Of a stretch of 64,000 nt of DNA, positions 33,261 to 44,506 are shown piece after piece. Under the pieces are notes generated by a model. The model saw only the letters and a list, made by a program, of their open reading frames with translations, did no database searches and had not been told where the DNA came from. Location of the stretch: assembly GCA_918797485.1 (NCBI GenBank), contig CAKKNE010000003.1, forward strand, positions 4,898,001 through 4,962,000. The letters are read 5' to 3'. The position numbers and the translations under genes are program-made. Each line of letters starts with the position of its first letter. The first letter of the stretch is position 1. This DNA is from Pelagomonas calceolata (taxonomy: Eukaryota).

Positions 33261-33353
33261 CACCGTAGTGCTTTTGACACTCGATGTATAGACTCAAATA
33301 TTAGAGAGTGGGAGATACATATCTAGGGTAGGGCTAGTAGGTTTCTCTCTCTA
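33258..33353 (-). mobile_element. Copia LTR 'R', partial
   Basis: Matches 8388-8487. Confidence 0.7.
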
Positions 33354-33833
33354 GTTCCCTCTACAGCGATTGCGCTATGATCCTGTAGTTACCTACATCT
33401 AGAGCTCTTCTCAGGTTCTAGTAGGTACCAGAGGCTAGTGTCCTGTATCCTAGGACTCGGATACTTCCTTCTCCTTCTTAATCTCCTTTATTCCAAGTTG
33501 AACTCTGTCTTATCGAAGTCCGCCGGTTGCCCCGGCGGCCCGGGTCGGGCCACTCAGGCTGGCAGTGGGTTGCTGCCCGGGTATCCGAGTCCTGACTGAG
33601 CAGGCAGAAAGGGCTCTTAGGAGCTTGTTCCTATCCTACTATCCTATGGACTCGGATCTACGCAACCGCAGGTCCTAGGTCCTTGTTGATTTTATTAATC
33701 ATTATAATTTACTATTGTGACTCGAGAATCGCCGGCGGCGGACGACGCCTCCGTCACGACTCGGACAGGACAGATGAGGGGACAACCGGGGCAAGTCGAC
33801 GGACCCGCCCAGGGATGTTGGAAATTGGTCGCC

Positions 33834-34886
33834 TCATCCTGGGCCCCGGGCCCGCACAGGCGCTGGCTCGTTCGTGTCGGGCGCCCAGCCGATGAGGAAC
33901 GTCATCTCGAACGACGCGCGGAGCGCGGTCGCGTCTCCGGCCGCCGGGAACATGTGCTGGTACGCGGCGGCCGCGGCGAGGAGCGCGTCGCGGCCGAGCG
34001 GCGCCGGCGCGAGTGGCGCGTGCTGCTCGCCCATGCGCTGGAGGTCGTCGAGCAGCAGGAAGGCGTCGCCGAAGTCGACCTGCACGCGCTCCACGTCGAC
34101 CGTGATGAGCCTAAAGCCGGCCTGGTGGAGGAGCTGGCCGCAGTCCGCGAGGCGCGCGGCGGGCGAGCACCGCGGCGCGACGCCGCCCGTTCGCTCCTCC
34201 TCGGCCGCCGCGAGGCCTGCGCGCGCCGCCACCCTCACCCCGGGCCGTCGCCTCTCTATGCCCCTCCCCCGCGCCGGGCGCCGACAGTACTGCAGCTCGC
34301 CCAGCGTGCCCGCGCCGGCGAGCGCGCCGATGAAGACGCCGTCGGGTCGGAGCACGCGGCGGACCTCGCGCAGCGCGCCGGGGAGGTCGTTCACCCAGTG
34401 CAGGCTGCCGGAGCTCAGGACGGCGTCGAAGCTCGCGTCGTCGAACGGCAGCGGCCGCTCCTCGTCGGCGACGACCGCGGTCGTCGCGAAGCCCGCCGCC
34501 GGCGCGCGCGACGCGCACGCCGCGACGGCCTCCGGCGCGGCGTCGCACTGCGCGAGCGTCGCGATCCCGCCCGCGACGTCGCCGTCGACCGCGTCCGCCT
34601 CGAGCGCCGCGCGGAGATGGCCCGCGCCGCAGCCGAGGTCCAGCGCTGTTTTTTTTTCCTCGCGCGCCGCGACGTCGCGCAGGCGTCCGACGACGCGCGC
34701 CGCCGCCGCCTCGCGCAGGTACGCGACGCCCGCCGCGTCCTCGGCGGCGGCGCGCGCGCGGTGGCGCAGCTTGAGCTCGCGGTCGAAGACGGGCGCTTGG
34801 CTCGAAGTCGTCCGCGTCAATTGCAGCCCGCGGCGGCGGCGCGCGGCTCGCACGGCTCGAAGCAACGGAGGCGCCCTTAGTCCCAT
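33834..34886 (-). CDS. NDUFAF5: Complex I assembly factor NDUFAF5 (SAM-dependent arginine hydroxylase); in-frame intron ~34217-34285
   Basis: VFDRELK, LDLGCGAG, DEERPLPF, SLHWVNDLPG, LRPDGVFIG, EEERTGGVAPRCSP, DLQRMGE, IGWAP. Confidence 0.9.
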   Translation of the reverse strand: MGLRAPPLLRAVRAARRRRGLQLTRTTSSQAPVFDRELKLRHRARAAAEDAAGVAYLREAAAARVVGRLRDVAAREEKKTALDLGCGAGHLRAALEADAVDGDVAGGIATLAQCDAAPEAVAACASRAPAAGFATTAVVADEERPLPFDDASFDAVLSSGSLHWVNDLPGALREVRRVLRPDGVFIGALAGAGTLGELQYCRRPARGRGIERRRPGVRVAARAGLAAAEEERTGGVAPRCSPAARLADCGQLLHQAGFRLITVDVERVQVDFGDAFLLLDDLQRMGEQHAPLAPAPLGRDALLAAAAAYQHMFPAAGDATALRASFEMTFLIGWAPDTNEPAPVRARGPG

Positions 34887-34998
34887 CTAGTGCTGGCGGG
34901 GCCTGTGGCGTTGCTCTCCGCTGCATGCTGCTCCACTCACAGAGTTGGTTGGCGTGCGTTGGTTGGCGTGCACGCGAGACGTACAACCTGTGAGAGCT

Positions 34999-36130
34999 AT
35001 GCGCCGCCGCGCACCGCGTGCAAGCGTTGCCACGCCGCCGCCGGAGACGGAGTTGCCCCTGGCCTCGCCCGCGCGGCAGCTACTGCTGAGCGCAGGCGTG
35101 CTGCTGTGCTTCGGCGTGTCGTCGCTGACGCAGGAGGCGTTGACGACACGCACGTACGACGGGGCGACGTTCCGCTACAGGAACGTGTTGCTGCTCTTGC
35201 AGTCGGCGGCGTCCGCGGTCGTCGCGGGCGCGATGATGCTGGCGCGCGGGCCGCGACCGCGCGCGCGACGGCCGCCGCGCGGCGACTACGGCCGGTGGGC
35301 CGTCGTCGTCGGCGCGTACTACGCGTCGCACTGGTTCGGCCTCGCGTCGCTGCCGCTCCTGAGCTACCCGGTGCACGTCACGCTCAAGTCGTGCAAGGCC
35401 ATCCCCGTCGTCGTCGGCGAGCGGCTCCTCACGGCCCGACGGCGCGAACCGGCGCCCCCTGCGGCCGGCCGCGGCGTGCCTCCGCGCGCGCGCGAGGCGG
35501 GCGCCGCGCAGGCACGCGCCGGCGAAGTACATTGGCGTCGCGGCCATGTGCGTCGGCGCGAGCGCGTTCTTTCTTCTCCACGAGACCGCCGGCGGCGCGC
35601 GGCGCACGACGCCCGCGGGCGTCGCGCTGGTGGCGTGCGCGCTCGTCTCGGACGGTGCGTCTGTCGCGCGGAGCCCCGCTTCCGTCGCGCGATCCGACCG
35701 CGCCGGCGCAGGCATCTACGGCGGGTACCAGACGAAGCTCGTCGCGCGGTGCGACAGCGAATGGGTGCTCATGTTCTACATGAACGCCTGGCAGGCGCTC
35801 CTGAGCGCGTGCGCGTGCGCCGCGGCGGGCGGCGAGCTCGGCGCCGCGGCCGCGTTCGTCTCCGCGCACCCGCGCGTCGCGCGCGACCTCGCCCTTTTCA
35901 ACGTGTCCAAGGCGCTCGGAACGCTTTGCGTCTACCGCCTCCTCCGCGAGAGCGGCACCATCGTCGTCGCCACGGTCACGACGCTCCGCAAGGTCCTCTC
36001 GGTGCTCCTCTCGGTCGCGTACTTCGGCCACGCGGTCGGCGCCGCGCAGTGGGCCGCCCTCGCCCTCGTCTTCCTCCACGCGTACGTCGGCGGCGCGATA
36101 GCGGCGGTGCTTCGCGTCGGCTCGGACTGA
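34999..36130 (+). CDS. UAA-family nucleotide-sugar/PAPS transporter (SLC35B1-like); two short introns
   Basis: SYPVHVTLKSCKAIPV, DG|IYGGYQ, LMFYMNAW, VTTLRKVLSVLLS. Confidence 0.85.
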
Positions 36131-36852
36131 GCGCCTGCCTCGCCGGTGGCTTGAAAGTCGGAGTTTGACATCGGGTGGTTTAAATGTAATTTAGCATATT
36201 AGCCAAGTACACCGACTCGGACCCGGATGCCGTCCGGCCCTCGTGTTCCGAGTCGGTTCCCGATGAGGCCCAGACCCACTGGCAGATTTTGGGAGGCTCT
36301 ATCGCGCGACTCAGACCATCCAACATACGTTGTTCGAATGGAGGGCTTTCTGGAAAGAACGCGACGTATTTCTTTCGAGATTGCACTCGGTTCGCCCTCT
36401 CTAGTACTTTACGCCAAAAAGCCAAGCTGCTTCAAGTTGACCCCCCTGTAAATATCGAGGTCTCCACGGAGCCTTAAGCTTCGCAGGCTGATTCATTCTA
36501 ATTAGAGCTAAGGAAATCGCAGGCTGATTCATTCTAATTGCTCGTAGAGCTTGCATAAGCTAAGGGAAGGTATGTATCCGCTGATACCTCGAGAGTCATA
36601 AGCAATTTTAGGCATCCCTAAGCTGTTTTGCGCCAGCTCGTCACAGTAACATGAGCAGCGCCGTAGCCGGCGTAGTAATACGGAAGGTGGCCTCCAGCAG
36701 ATAGAATTTTGTGTGACTGCGCGCGCCGTTGTGGCGGATCTTTCAACCTTCCGAGGGTACGAACGCAGGACAAAGGCGTTTCTTCTCTGCTCCTACCACC
36801 CACTATTTCTCGGTGGTCGTCCGACTGAGTCGCTTCGGAGCGTTTCGCCGCT

Positions 36853-37899
36853 ATGCCCCGGCTCACACCGCTGCTGCTCCTCCTGGTCCGAACGGCACAG
36901 TGCGGCGCGCGCGGCGCTGAGCGCGCGCGCGCGAGCCGTGCCCACGCGTCGTCGTCGCACGCGACGAGCGCGCAGTCCGCGGCGGGCGCGAGCAACGCGG
37001 ACGCGGACGCGAAGCGCTCGAAGCCTTCGCCCGGGCCGGCGAGCCAAGGGCCGGCGAGCCAAGGCGAGAGCCGCGCTCGCGAGTGCTGCCACTTGCTGCG
37101 CGGCGCGCCGAAGACCGGGACGACGTGGACGACGGAGATCCTTGAGAAGATCGCCGCGCTCGCGTGCGAGGAGGGTCCCTCGGAGGAGCCCGCGCGCGCC
37201 GGCCGTGGCGCCGGCTGCCGCGCGTGCGCGAAGTGCGACGGCGACAGCGGCAAGCACAGCAACGGCTTCGACGCGGGTATTTACGCGGGCGCGGCGTCGA
37301 AGCGCTCGGACGTGCGCTTCATCTCGACGTACCGCGACCCGCGCGACGTCGCCGTCTCGATGTACCACTGGAGCGGCGTGTTCAAGTCCGAGTTCAGGTC
37401 GACGACGGCGTCGGAGTACGCGATCCGCAAGGGGTGCCGCGAAGCGACGCGGCGCGCCAACGCGCAGATCGCCGCGGAGAACGGCAAGGGGCCGAATGCG
37501 CGCGTGCTTCGCGTCTTCTACGAGGCGACGAAAGTCGATCCCGTCGGCGTCATTATGATCGTCGCCCGATTCATCGGCCACCCGATCCGCCAAGAGCAGG
37601 CCGTCTCCGTCGCGAACGCGACGTCGTTCGAATCGATGCGCCGAGAGGAAGCCTCGGGCGAGATGCATTTGAAGGTGCACCCCGACTCCGCAGCGAAGCT
37701 GCAGAAACCGACCGATCCCACGATGCTGAATGGCGTCATGACGCGCAGCGGTATCGCCGGCAACTTCATGCAAGAGCTGAACGCCACGGCGCAGCGAGCG
37801 TGCGTGCGAGAGATGAAGCGCCTCAGACCCATGCTCGCGTCTCGCTACATGCCAGTCTACGAGGCAGACGCTGCTTTTGACTTCTTACCAAAACCCTAA
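36853..37899 (+). CDS. Sulfotransferase (Sulfotransfer_1) with signal peptide
   Basis: PKTGTTW, YRDPRDVAVSMYH, FYE, TSFESMR, RSGIAGNF. Confidence 0.88.
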   Translation: MPRLTPLLLLLVRTAQCGARGAERARASRAHASSSHATSAQSAAGASNADADAKRSKPSPGPASQGPASQGESRARECCHLLRGAPKTGTTWTTEILEKIAALACEEGPSEEPARAGRGAGCRACAKCDGDSGKHSNGFDAGIYAGAASKRSDVRFISTYRDPRDVAVSMYHWSGVFKSEFRSTTASEYAIRKGCREATRRANAQIAAENGKGPNARVLRVFYEATKVDPVGVIMIVARFIGHPIRQEQAVSVANATSFESMRREEASGEMHLKVHPDSAAKLQKPTDPTMLNGVMTRSGIAGNFMQELNATAQRACVREMKRLRPMLASRYMPVYEADAAFDFLPKP

Positions 37900-38454
37900 C
37901 CTTGAATCCACCCGTCCTAGCTACGCATGCGTTGTCCCCGGGCGCTGGTTCATCGTGCGCGCGGACTCGGATATACCTTACTTCAAGTTTCCGAGACGCC
38001 AATTACAGGGGGAACGGGGCCGGGGTCTATCTGGCGCGCGCGCCCTCGCCGCCCCGCGTCGCGCCCCTCCGCCCGTTTTAAGAGAGAGAGAGTCGCTTAT
38101 TGAACCCACCCGTTTTACTATATCGAAAAAATTACCCGACGTTGGGTGGGCCCTTCAAGTTCGGCCTCCCGGCGCGGCCGCGACGTCTGCCAGGAGAGTC
38201 GGCGTCCTCTTCGGCGAGCGGCAGCGTTCCCGTCGAGCCCGCCAAGGCTGCAGTCTACATGCTCTCCGGCGCGGGGCCGCCTCCTCTCCGAAGCTGAAGC
38301 GCCAAGTAGGCCAACCCCGGACTACACAAGAAACTACAAGCAAACTTGGCAAAGACCCCTTTGTTACTCCGCAACTCAAGTGGCCAGAGCAACGATCTCC
38401 AGAGGGGGGCACCCCTCTAGAAACCAGACTCGGAGCCGTCAAAGTAGACCTGGC

Positions 38455-41400
38455 TTACCCGGCATACTCCGCCGTCGCCCAGCTCACGGACGGCTTACCA
38501 TGGCGGAGGAGGAGCGCCCGGAGCTCCGCGTTAGGCCGTTCGTAGTACCGGTGGAGAGCCGCACGCGCGCCCGGACTGATTCCGGCCTCCCAGGAAGCGT
38601 CGAAGGACCCCTTGTTGGCAAAGCCAGGCCGAATGGCGGCGGACATCGCGCCACCTACCTTGCCCCCGTAGCCGCGCGCGTGTGTGCCTCGGTTCTCGCG
38701 CGTGTTGAAGACAAGTGAGGTATCGAAGCCTGAGAAGTTCGCACTGGGTCGCGGGTCGAGGCCCAGGTGGTGCGCGACCTCGTCCATCACGGCCGCTGGG
38801 TCCACCGCAAAGGCCGCGTAGTCCACCACAAGTAATTGGTCTGAAGGCAGCACTTGAAAAAATATGTCCAGGTACTTTGCGTAGTAGCCGTGGAGCACGA
38901 AAGGGCTCACGTAGCAGTCGCCCTTGCCGTCCTTGGGGGCCTCGCCGAGCGTGCGGTGGTAACGCTGATCAGGGCACTTGGCGAGCACGCTGAGCCTGCA
39001 GGGGGAAAACTATCGGCCGCGTGCAAGGCCACCAAACACTGGAACCGTGCGCATCCAGCGCCAGGGAGTCGAGAGTTGGCGGTGTGTAGTTGGATAGCTC
39101 GCCGTCGAGGCGCGTGTCTCTCAACGCATCGCGGTTTCTGAGAAGGTGCTTGTGGAGCGTGCCATCGGCCTTCTTATTCGCGTACGCCGAGCACGCGCGC
39201 GCGATTGGTTCGCGGAGGCTCACGACAAGCTTGACGAGGGGCATGTAGCGCAACAAGTTGGACAGGACCTGGGGCCCAGCCACGAGGTAGTCGGGTGAAC
39301 CCTCCCCGTAGACATGCACGGCCTCGTCGGTGGGCACCCGCAGCGGGAAGCGGGGCATGTAATCCTGGAGGAAGTCGGTCATGCTGACCATGCGTCCGCC
39401 GTCGTAACCCGGCTGGCGGCTGCGTGCGCTCCTCGTGGGCGGCCAGATGCTGCCCCAGAAGTTCAGCTCCTTCTCCTTAGGCAGCAGCACCTGGGGGTGC
39501 TGGCCGAGGTAAGCGAACATGGACGTCGTGCCTGCCTTCTGCGCGCCAATGATGGTGAAGCGCGGCAGGCACACGGGCGCCGACAAGGACCAGTGGAAGA
39601 AGGGTTCGCAGAGGTCCGGCGTCGGCGGGCGCGCCGTCGGTGGTGATCCGCCCCACCTGCATGGGGTGTGTCTCTCGGGCACGTCGGACTCTTTGGGGAC
39701 GAAGCGACGGCAGCCCCAGCTCTGATGTTCGACGCCGAAGCAAACGCAGCGAGGAGCGCCGCAGCGTCGGCCGGCGCAGGAGCAGCGAAGCGCATCTCGG
39801 CAGCGAATGCATCCCAGGCAAACGCGTGGTCGTCAGCGTGCGCGGCCCGATGGAAGCTGACCCCCCGCGCGGCGCTGTCCCGCGCGTAGTGGGATATCCT
39901 GTTGCTCAGAAAACCATCGTTGTGCTCGAGGCGGACGCCCGCGGCCTGGAGGCACTGACCGAGCCTGCGTGGACGTCAACAACTTGATTGGCCGGGCTCG
40001 AAGGGGTCTCCACTCGACGTCCCATTTCGATTTCGCTCAAAACTGGGCAGTGCGGAGGAGTGACTGGCAACATTCGTCGACGAGACACGATCGGAGGCAG
40101 GCCCAATGTTTTAGATTCCCACGCAGGCTTCCAAGCCAGCCGTCGCCCCCCGGCACGCTGCTGGAGATGATGGGAAAGGTGCGTTTCGTGCACTCGGCTG
40201 CGGAGATCTTGTCGAGGGCCGTACGCGAGAGCGCGATGCCCGGACCGCCGCCCAGCAGCATGGTCTTGCGGCTGTGGAATTTACGGCCGACCGCCAGCGC
40301 CGAGCGCGCAGCGAAGCCGTACCAGCCGAGCGTCGCGCGTAGACGACCCGGTAGGACGTAGGTATCATCGTCCATAAGTACGAGCCAGTCGGTGCGAGTT
40401 GCGTTGGCGTCCGCCAGCAGACCGAACGTTGCGGGGTTTTTCGCCGAGAGCCAGCCGACCATGTGTGCGACCTTTGCGCGGAGCCACAAATTCCAGGAAG
40501 ACGTTTTCCTCAGCGACGTCTGATAAAAGTCCCGGCGCGCGAGGTTACTCGATGCTGAGGCTCGCTTGCGGTTCTTGCGCCCGACCGGCCGCGGCGCAGG
40601 AGCAGGGGGCAGCTGGAGGCCGACGAGCCGCACGTCCTGGCGCCGGCGGTCGACGTCGAATAGCCCGGCGGCCAGATTTGCTGAGCAGCGCACGCGAGTC
40701 CCCTCCGCCACGACTGCGGCTTCTGGCGTGTAATCTTTCCCATAAGCGACGAAGCCGCGCCGGTGCCTTTCTCGCGGCCTAGACCGCCAGTGCGCGCCGG
40801 CCGCGGCGATGGCCTGGCGCGGCTCCCCGCGGCCGTCGGGTTCTTGGGCCAGGCGCCGCGCGGCCCCCAGGAGTTCTGGTATGTCGCGTTCCAATTCGGC
40901 GCGAACGGAGAGAAACGCATGTTCGTCGATGAAGAAGTAGACGTTGGCCTGTGATGCCCAGGTGCCTAGCACATCAACAACAACGCGCCTGACGGCGTTC
41001 TCTGGTGTAATTATCGCGAAGGCCACGTTGGCGCTCGAGACTGGAGGTGGCGCTCGGAACGCCCCGCCAACCTGGGACTTCGTCTCGAAGCCCGCGGCCG
41101 GAAGTTCCACCGCAGTCGAGAGCTTGATCGACGCGTAGCGGGCACCAAACGCGAGCAACCCAGCGGTGTCCAGCGGGCCAGCAGCCACGGGCTCCTGAGC
41201 GCTCTCGAGCGTGGACCTGAACACGTGCGACGCATCCTTCGGGTATGCACCGAGGGCCCAGAGGCAGGACGCAACCAGCGCGACGGACGCGTCCGCGGCC
41301 CGAAGGCTCGCTGACGCTGTACACAAGGGCTCGCGCGCCGGCGCCCGCGCCATCGCTCGGAGGAAGTCTGTTCGGATGACGACGCCGTTTTCTGGGACCA

Positions 41401-42415
41401 CATGCGGCAGATGACCCGAATAGGGAATTTCACTCGCATTGCGCGTGCGACCCACGTAGGGTGGCGTCTTCGCCCAGGGGTTGCGTCTGCGACCCGGGTT
41501 CCGGCGCCGCGCCTCGGCAAGGAAGGCCCCCAAATTTTGCGGATGCACGCCGGTCGCGGCCGGGACAACACAGACCCAAGGGGACCAGATGCGCTTCAGG
41601 GCCACGACGCGGCGTAAGGTATCGAAATAATTGGCGACGCTCGGCACGCGCACTCTGTGCACGACTCCAGTACCACAGGCCCCCACTACGACCGTCTCAG
41701 GCCCGGATTTGTCCTTGGACAAGATGGCCTCGGCGCGGGCCTCGGGCACGGAAAAGCCGACGACAAAGTCTGTCACATACACAACCCTCGAAGGAGGCAC
41801 ATGCCGGAGCCACGTGCACTGCGCAGCAAAGATGTGCGGCCGCTGGCGTTCGTCGGCGAGGACAAGGTAGCTGACGGCTGCTTCGGCTGCCTTCTCGGGC
41901 TCCGAGGCAAAGTACGGCGGTAGGCTACACGCCACGTCACTGGGGAAGATGCAGGGCTTGGCGGCTCTGCGCAGGGCTCCCACGCAGCACCCTTCGGTGC
42001 CCTTGCGCTTCGTGGCGACATCGACCTCGTCATCGCAGGCCGACTCGCCGCAGGCGCCGCACTCCTTCGGGCAGCACGCGTTGCCGGCGTACTCCGCGGA
42101 GTCGGCGTTCGTGCCCCGCAAACCTTTCGCGCAGAGCAGCTCGGCGTCCGTCTGGCCCACGGCCGGCCGTCTCTCATTCTTCTTGTCGGGCTCGCCCTCG
42201 TGCGGCGTCCGCGGCGGGACCAGCAGGCCCTGGCAGGCCTTGGTGTCGTCGCAGCGCCCGTCGCGCCGACACCGCCGCCGGTACCCCACCCGAGAGGTGG
42301 GTTCGCAGTACACGCCGCATCGCATTTCGTCGCAACCCGCCTGCTTGCTGGTGTAGTAGGTCATGACGGAGCCGGCGGCCAGGGCGAGGGGCAGCCAATT
42401 GAGGCAAATGATCAT
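38455..42415 (-). CDS. Fringe-like GT31 glycosyltransferase probably fused to a heparan-sulfate-type sulfotransferase; spliced
   Basis: DWLVLMDDDTYV, GGGPGIALSR, GDGW|LGQCL..VSFH (GT31); LPRFTIIGAQKAGTTS, KELNFW, EGSPDY, LREPIARACSAY, GYYAKYL (sulfotransferase). The linking junction near 39657-39790 is inferred. Confidence 0.7.
39965..40136 (-). mobile_element. Introner-like 172-nt GC-AG intron
   Basis: Inverted CTGCGTGG ends; removal restores GDGWLGQCL. Confidence 0.7.
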
Positions 42416-42501
42416 CCTGATTCAGCTAAAGGGCGGGGCGCCTGCTCGCCTCACACCATGGTCCCGGGGCTCTGATCCGTAGGTACCGGTACTAGAAAGC
42501 T

Positions 42502-42650
42502 TAGCAAGAGTATGTCGCAGCGTTATGTAGAGTAGCAGGGTCCTAGCACACCAGCCAAAGGCTGTGCCTACCTAACTACGAGAGTGTTTTATAGCAAATT
42601 GTTGTTACAACGTAGTGCAATGTACACTCGTTGTATAGACTCAAATTTAG
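42502..42650 (-). mobile_element. Copia LTR 'R', partial
   Basis: Starts TAGCAAGAGTATGTCGCAGCG. Confidence 0.75.
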
Positions 42651-43066
42651 GGGGAAGTCGCCTCTCTCTCCTAACTATTATCATCCTGAGTCACTTTTAT
42701 TGACGGACGCAATTCCCCGTCACAAACCCCATCAAACATGGGAGAAACTATTTCGTTAGACGACTACACTACGCTGCCGGGGAAGTCCGGAGCTACACAC
42801 TCTATTTCCCTATGCATCGCATAAAAATAACCTCGGTTAGGATTAGGGTTAGGGTTGAAATTAAGGGAGGTTAGGGTTGATATTAAGGCAGGTTAGAGGT
42901 CAAGTATACTAGAAAAAAAAAATCTGAGGTTATCATGGGACCTAGCATGTTTTTCCCACTAGCTTGTCGAGTTTTTCTAGAAAAACTTGACACGTAAGTT
43001 GCCGCGCCGCGGGCCTCCCGGATAAGTCCCGAATCAGCCCGTTTATGGGGTGGTTCAAAGGAGGGA

Positions 43067-43801
43067 TTACCGAGGTTCAAATTGGAACGGCGCGCTGGCC
43101 GGGGTGACGCGGGGTTGTGGCGGGGGGTCCGCACGCAAGAGTTCGACGGCGCGCGGCGCGCCCCAACTCGCAAAGGCGGGCACTGGCCGGAGGCCCAAGC
43201 GCCTGGCCGTGTCGACGAGCGCCAAGATCTGCGACTGGCACCACCTCTGGACGGCGAGATCGCGGGCCCAGGCCGGGATGGCGCCGCCCGGGTCGACGCA
43301 GGAGTAATGCGAAATCAGCGTCTCGGTTTCGGAGACAGCCGTAAAGTTCCACCACACGGTGTGCGCCAGCGTCCGGACCGCGCCCGGCGCGACGGGCGTG
43401 CCCTCGTCGACGCTCTCGAAGTGGACGGACACCGTCTGGTTCCGTCGCCATTCTCTCCGGCGCAGCACGAGTTCCCTATCGCGCACCGGCCAAGGCTGCT
43501 TGAACCGCTGATACACGTACGTGCCGCCGTCGGCGCCCGTCCACTCGCGCGCATCGACGAGCGTCGCGTCCCAGTGCCCGTGCTGGTCCAGGTCGCCGAA
43601 GACGCTCATCAGCTCCGCGACCGACGCCTCGACTACGGCCTCGCCGTGCACGGCGCAGAGCTGCGACGTCGCGTCGATGCGCGCGCGCGTCGTGACGCCC
43701 TTGGCGGCGCTGACGACGCGCCACTCCGGCGTCAGCTTGGCGGCGGCCGTTGCGATCGCGGCTAGGAACAGCAGGGGCGATATATGGGTCTGGCTTGCCA
43801 T
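43067..43801 (-). CDS. START lipid-binding domain protein with signal peptide
   Basis: HWD, YVYQRFKQPWPVRDRELV, DPGGAIPAW. Confidence 0.85.
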   Translation of the reverse strand: MASQTHISPLLFLAAIATAAAKLTPEWRVVSAAKGVTTRARIDATSQLCAVHGEAVVEASVAELMSVFGDLDQHGHWDATLVDAREWTGADGGTYVYQRFKQPWPVRDRELVLRRREWRRNQTVSVHFESVDEGTPVAPGAVRTLAHTVWWNFTAVSETETLISHYSCVDPGGAIPAWARDLAVQRWCQSQILALVDTARRLGLRPVPAFASWGAPRAVELLRADPPPQPRVTPASAPFQFEPR

Positions 43802-43857
43802 TTTATGTTTGCTTCGCGCAGGTGGTTCGTGACAGCATTACAAGCTCGTACTCTGAG

Positions 43858-43935
43858 TAGCAAGAGTATGTCGCAGCGTGATGTAAAGTAGTAGGGAAAT
43901 GCTCACCAGCCAGAGGCTGGGCCAAGCCAACTACG
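43858..43935 (-). mobile_element. Copia LTR 'R' 3'-end fragment
   Basis: TAGCAAGAGTATGTCGCAGCGTGATGTAAAG. Confidence 0.65.
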
Positions 43936-44506
43936 TCAACGTTACTGCAAATTAATTGGTTTACACCGTGCCTACGGTACCGACGCGGTACCGTACCTCG
44001 GGGCAGCGGCCTCAGGCTGAGGGTCACGGTAACTTGAGTTCATCTTAATTAGGACTCATGGAGGATGGGTCAATTTCCGAGTCTTATTCAAAAAAAAAAT
44101 TACCGGAATAGAGGTCCAGCGATATTAGCTTCGGTATGTGCTGGTGTCTAATGAGCTGGGTCACGGTGCAGCAAGTGCACAATGCAGCTGTGGTAGCTAG
44201 GTCTCTCGGGTGTCTATGTGACACGGAGATGCCAACAGGAAGAACTCTCACTGAAACGTGAGAGTGTGGGAACCCCCTCAACTCTGAGAGAAGGAAGTAT
44301 CCTAAGATACAGGCCACTAGCCTCTGATATCTACTAGAACCTGTGAGGAGCTCTAGATAAAGGTAACTACAGCATCATAGCACAATCGCTGTAAGAGGTC
44401 ATGAACTCTGTTCCGATAGTAAGGGGGAAGTAAGGGGTTTCTTAGGGTAGGGGGTTTCTTACTACAAGCCTCAGCCTGAGTACCGTGACTGAAGTAGCTC
44501 ATGCAG

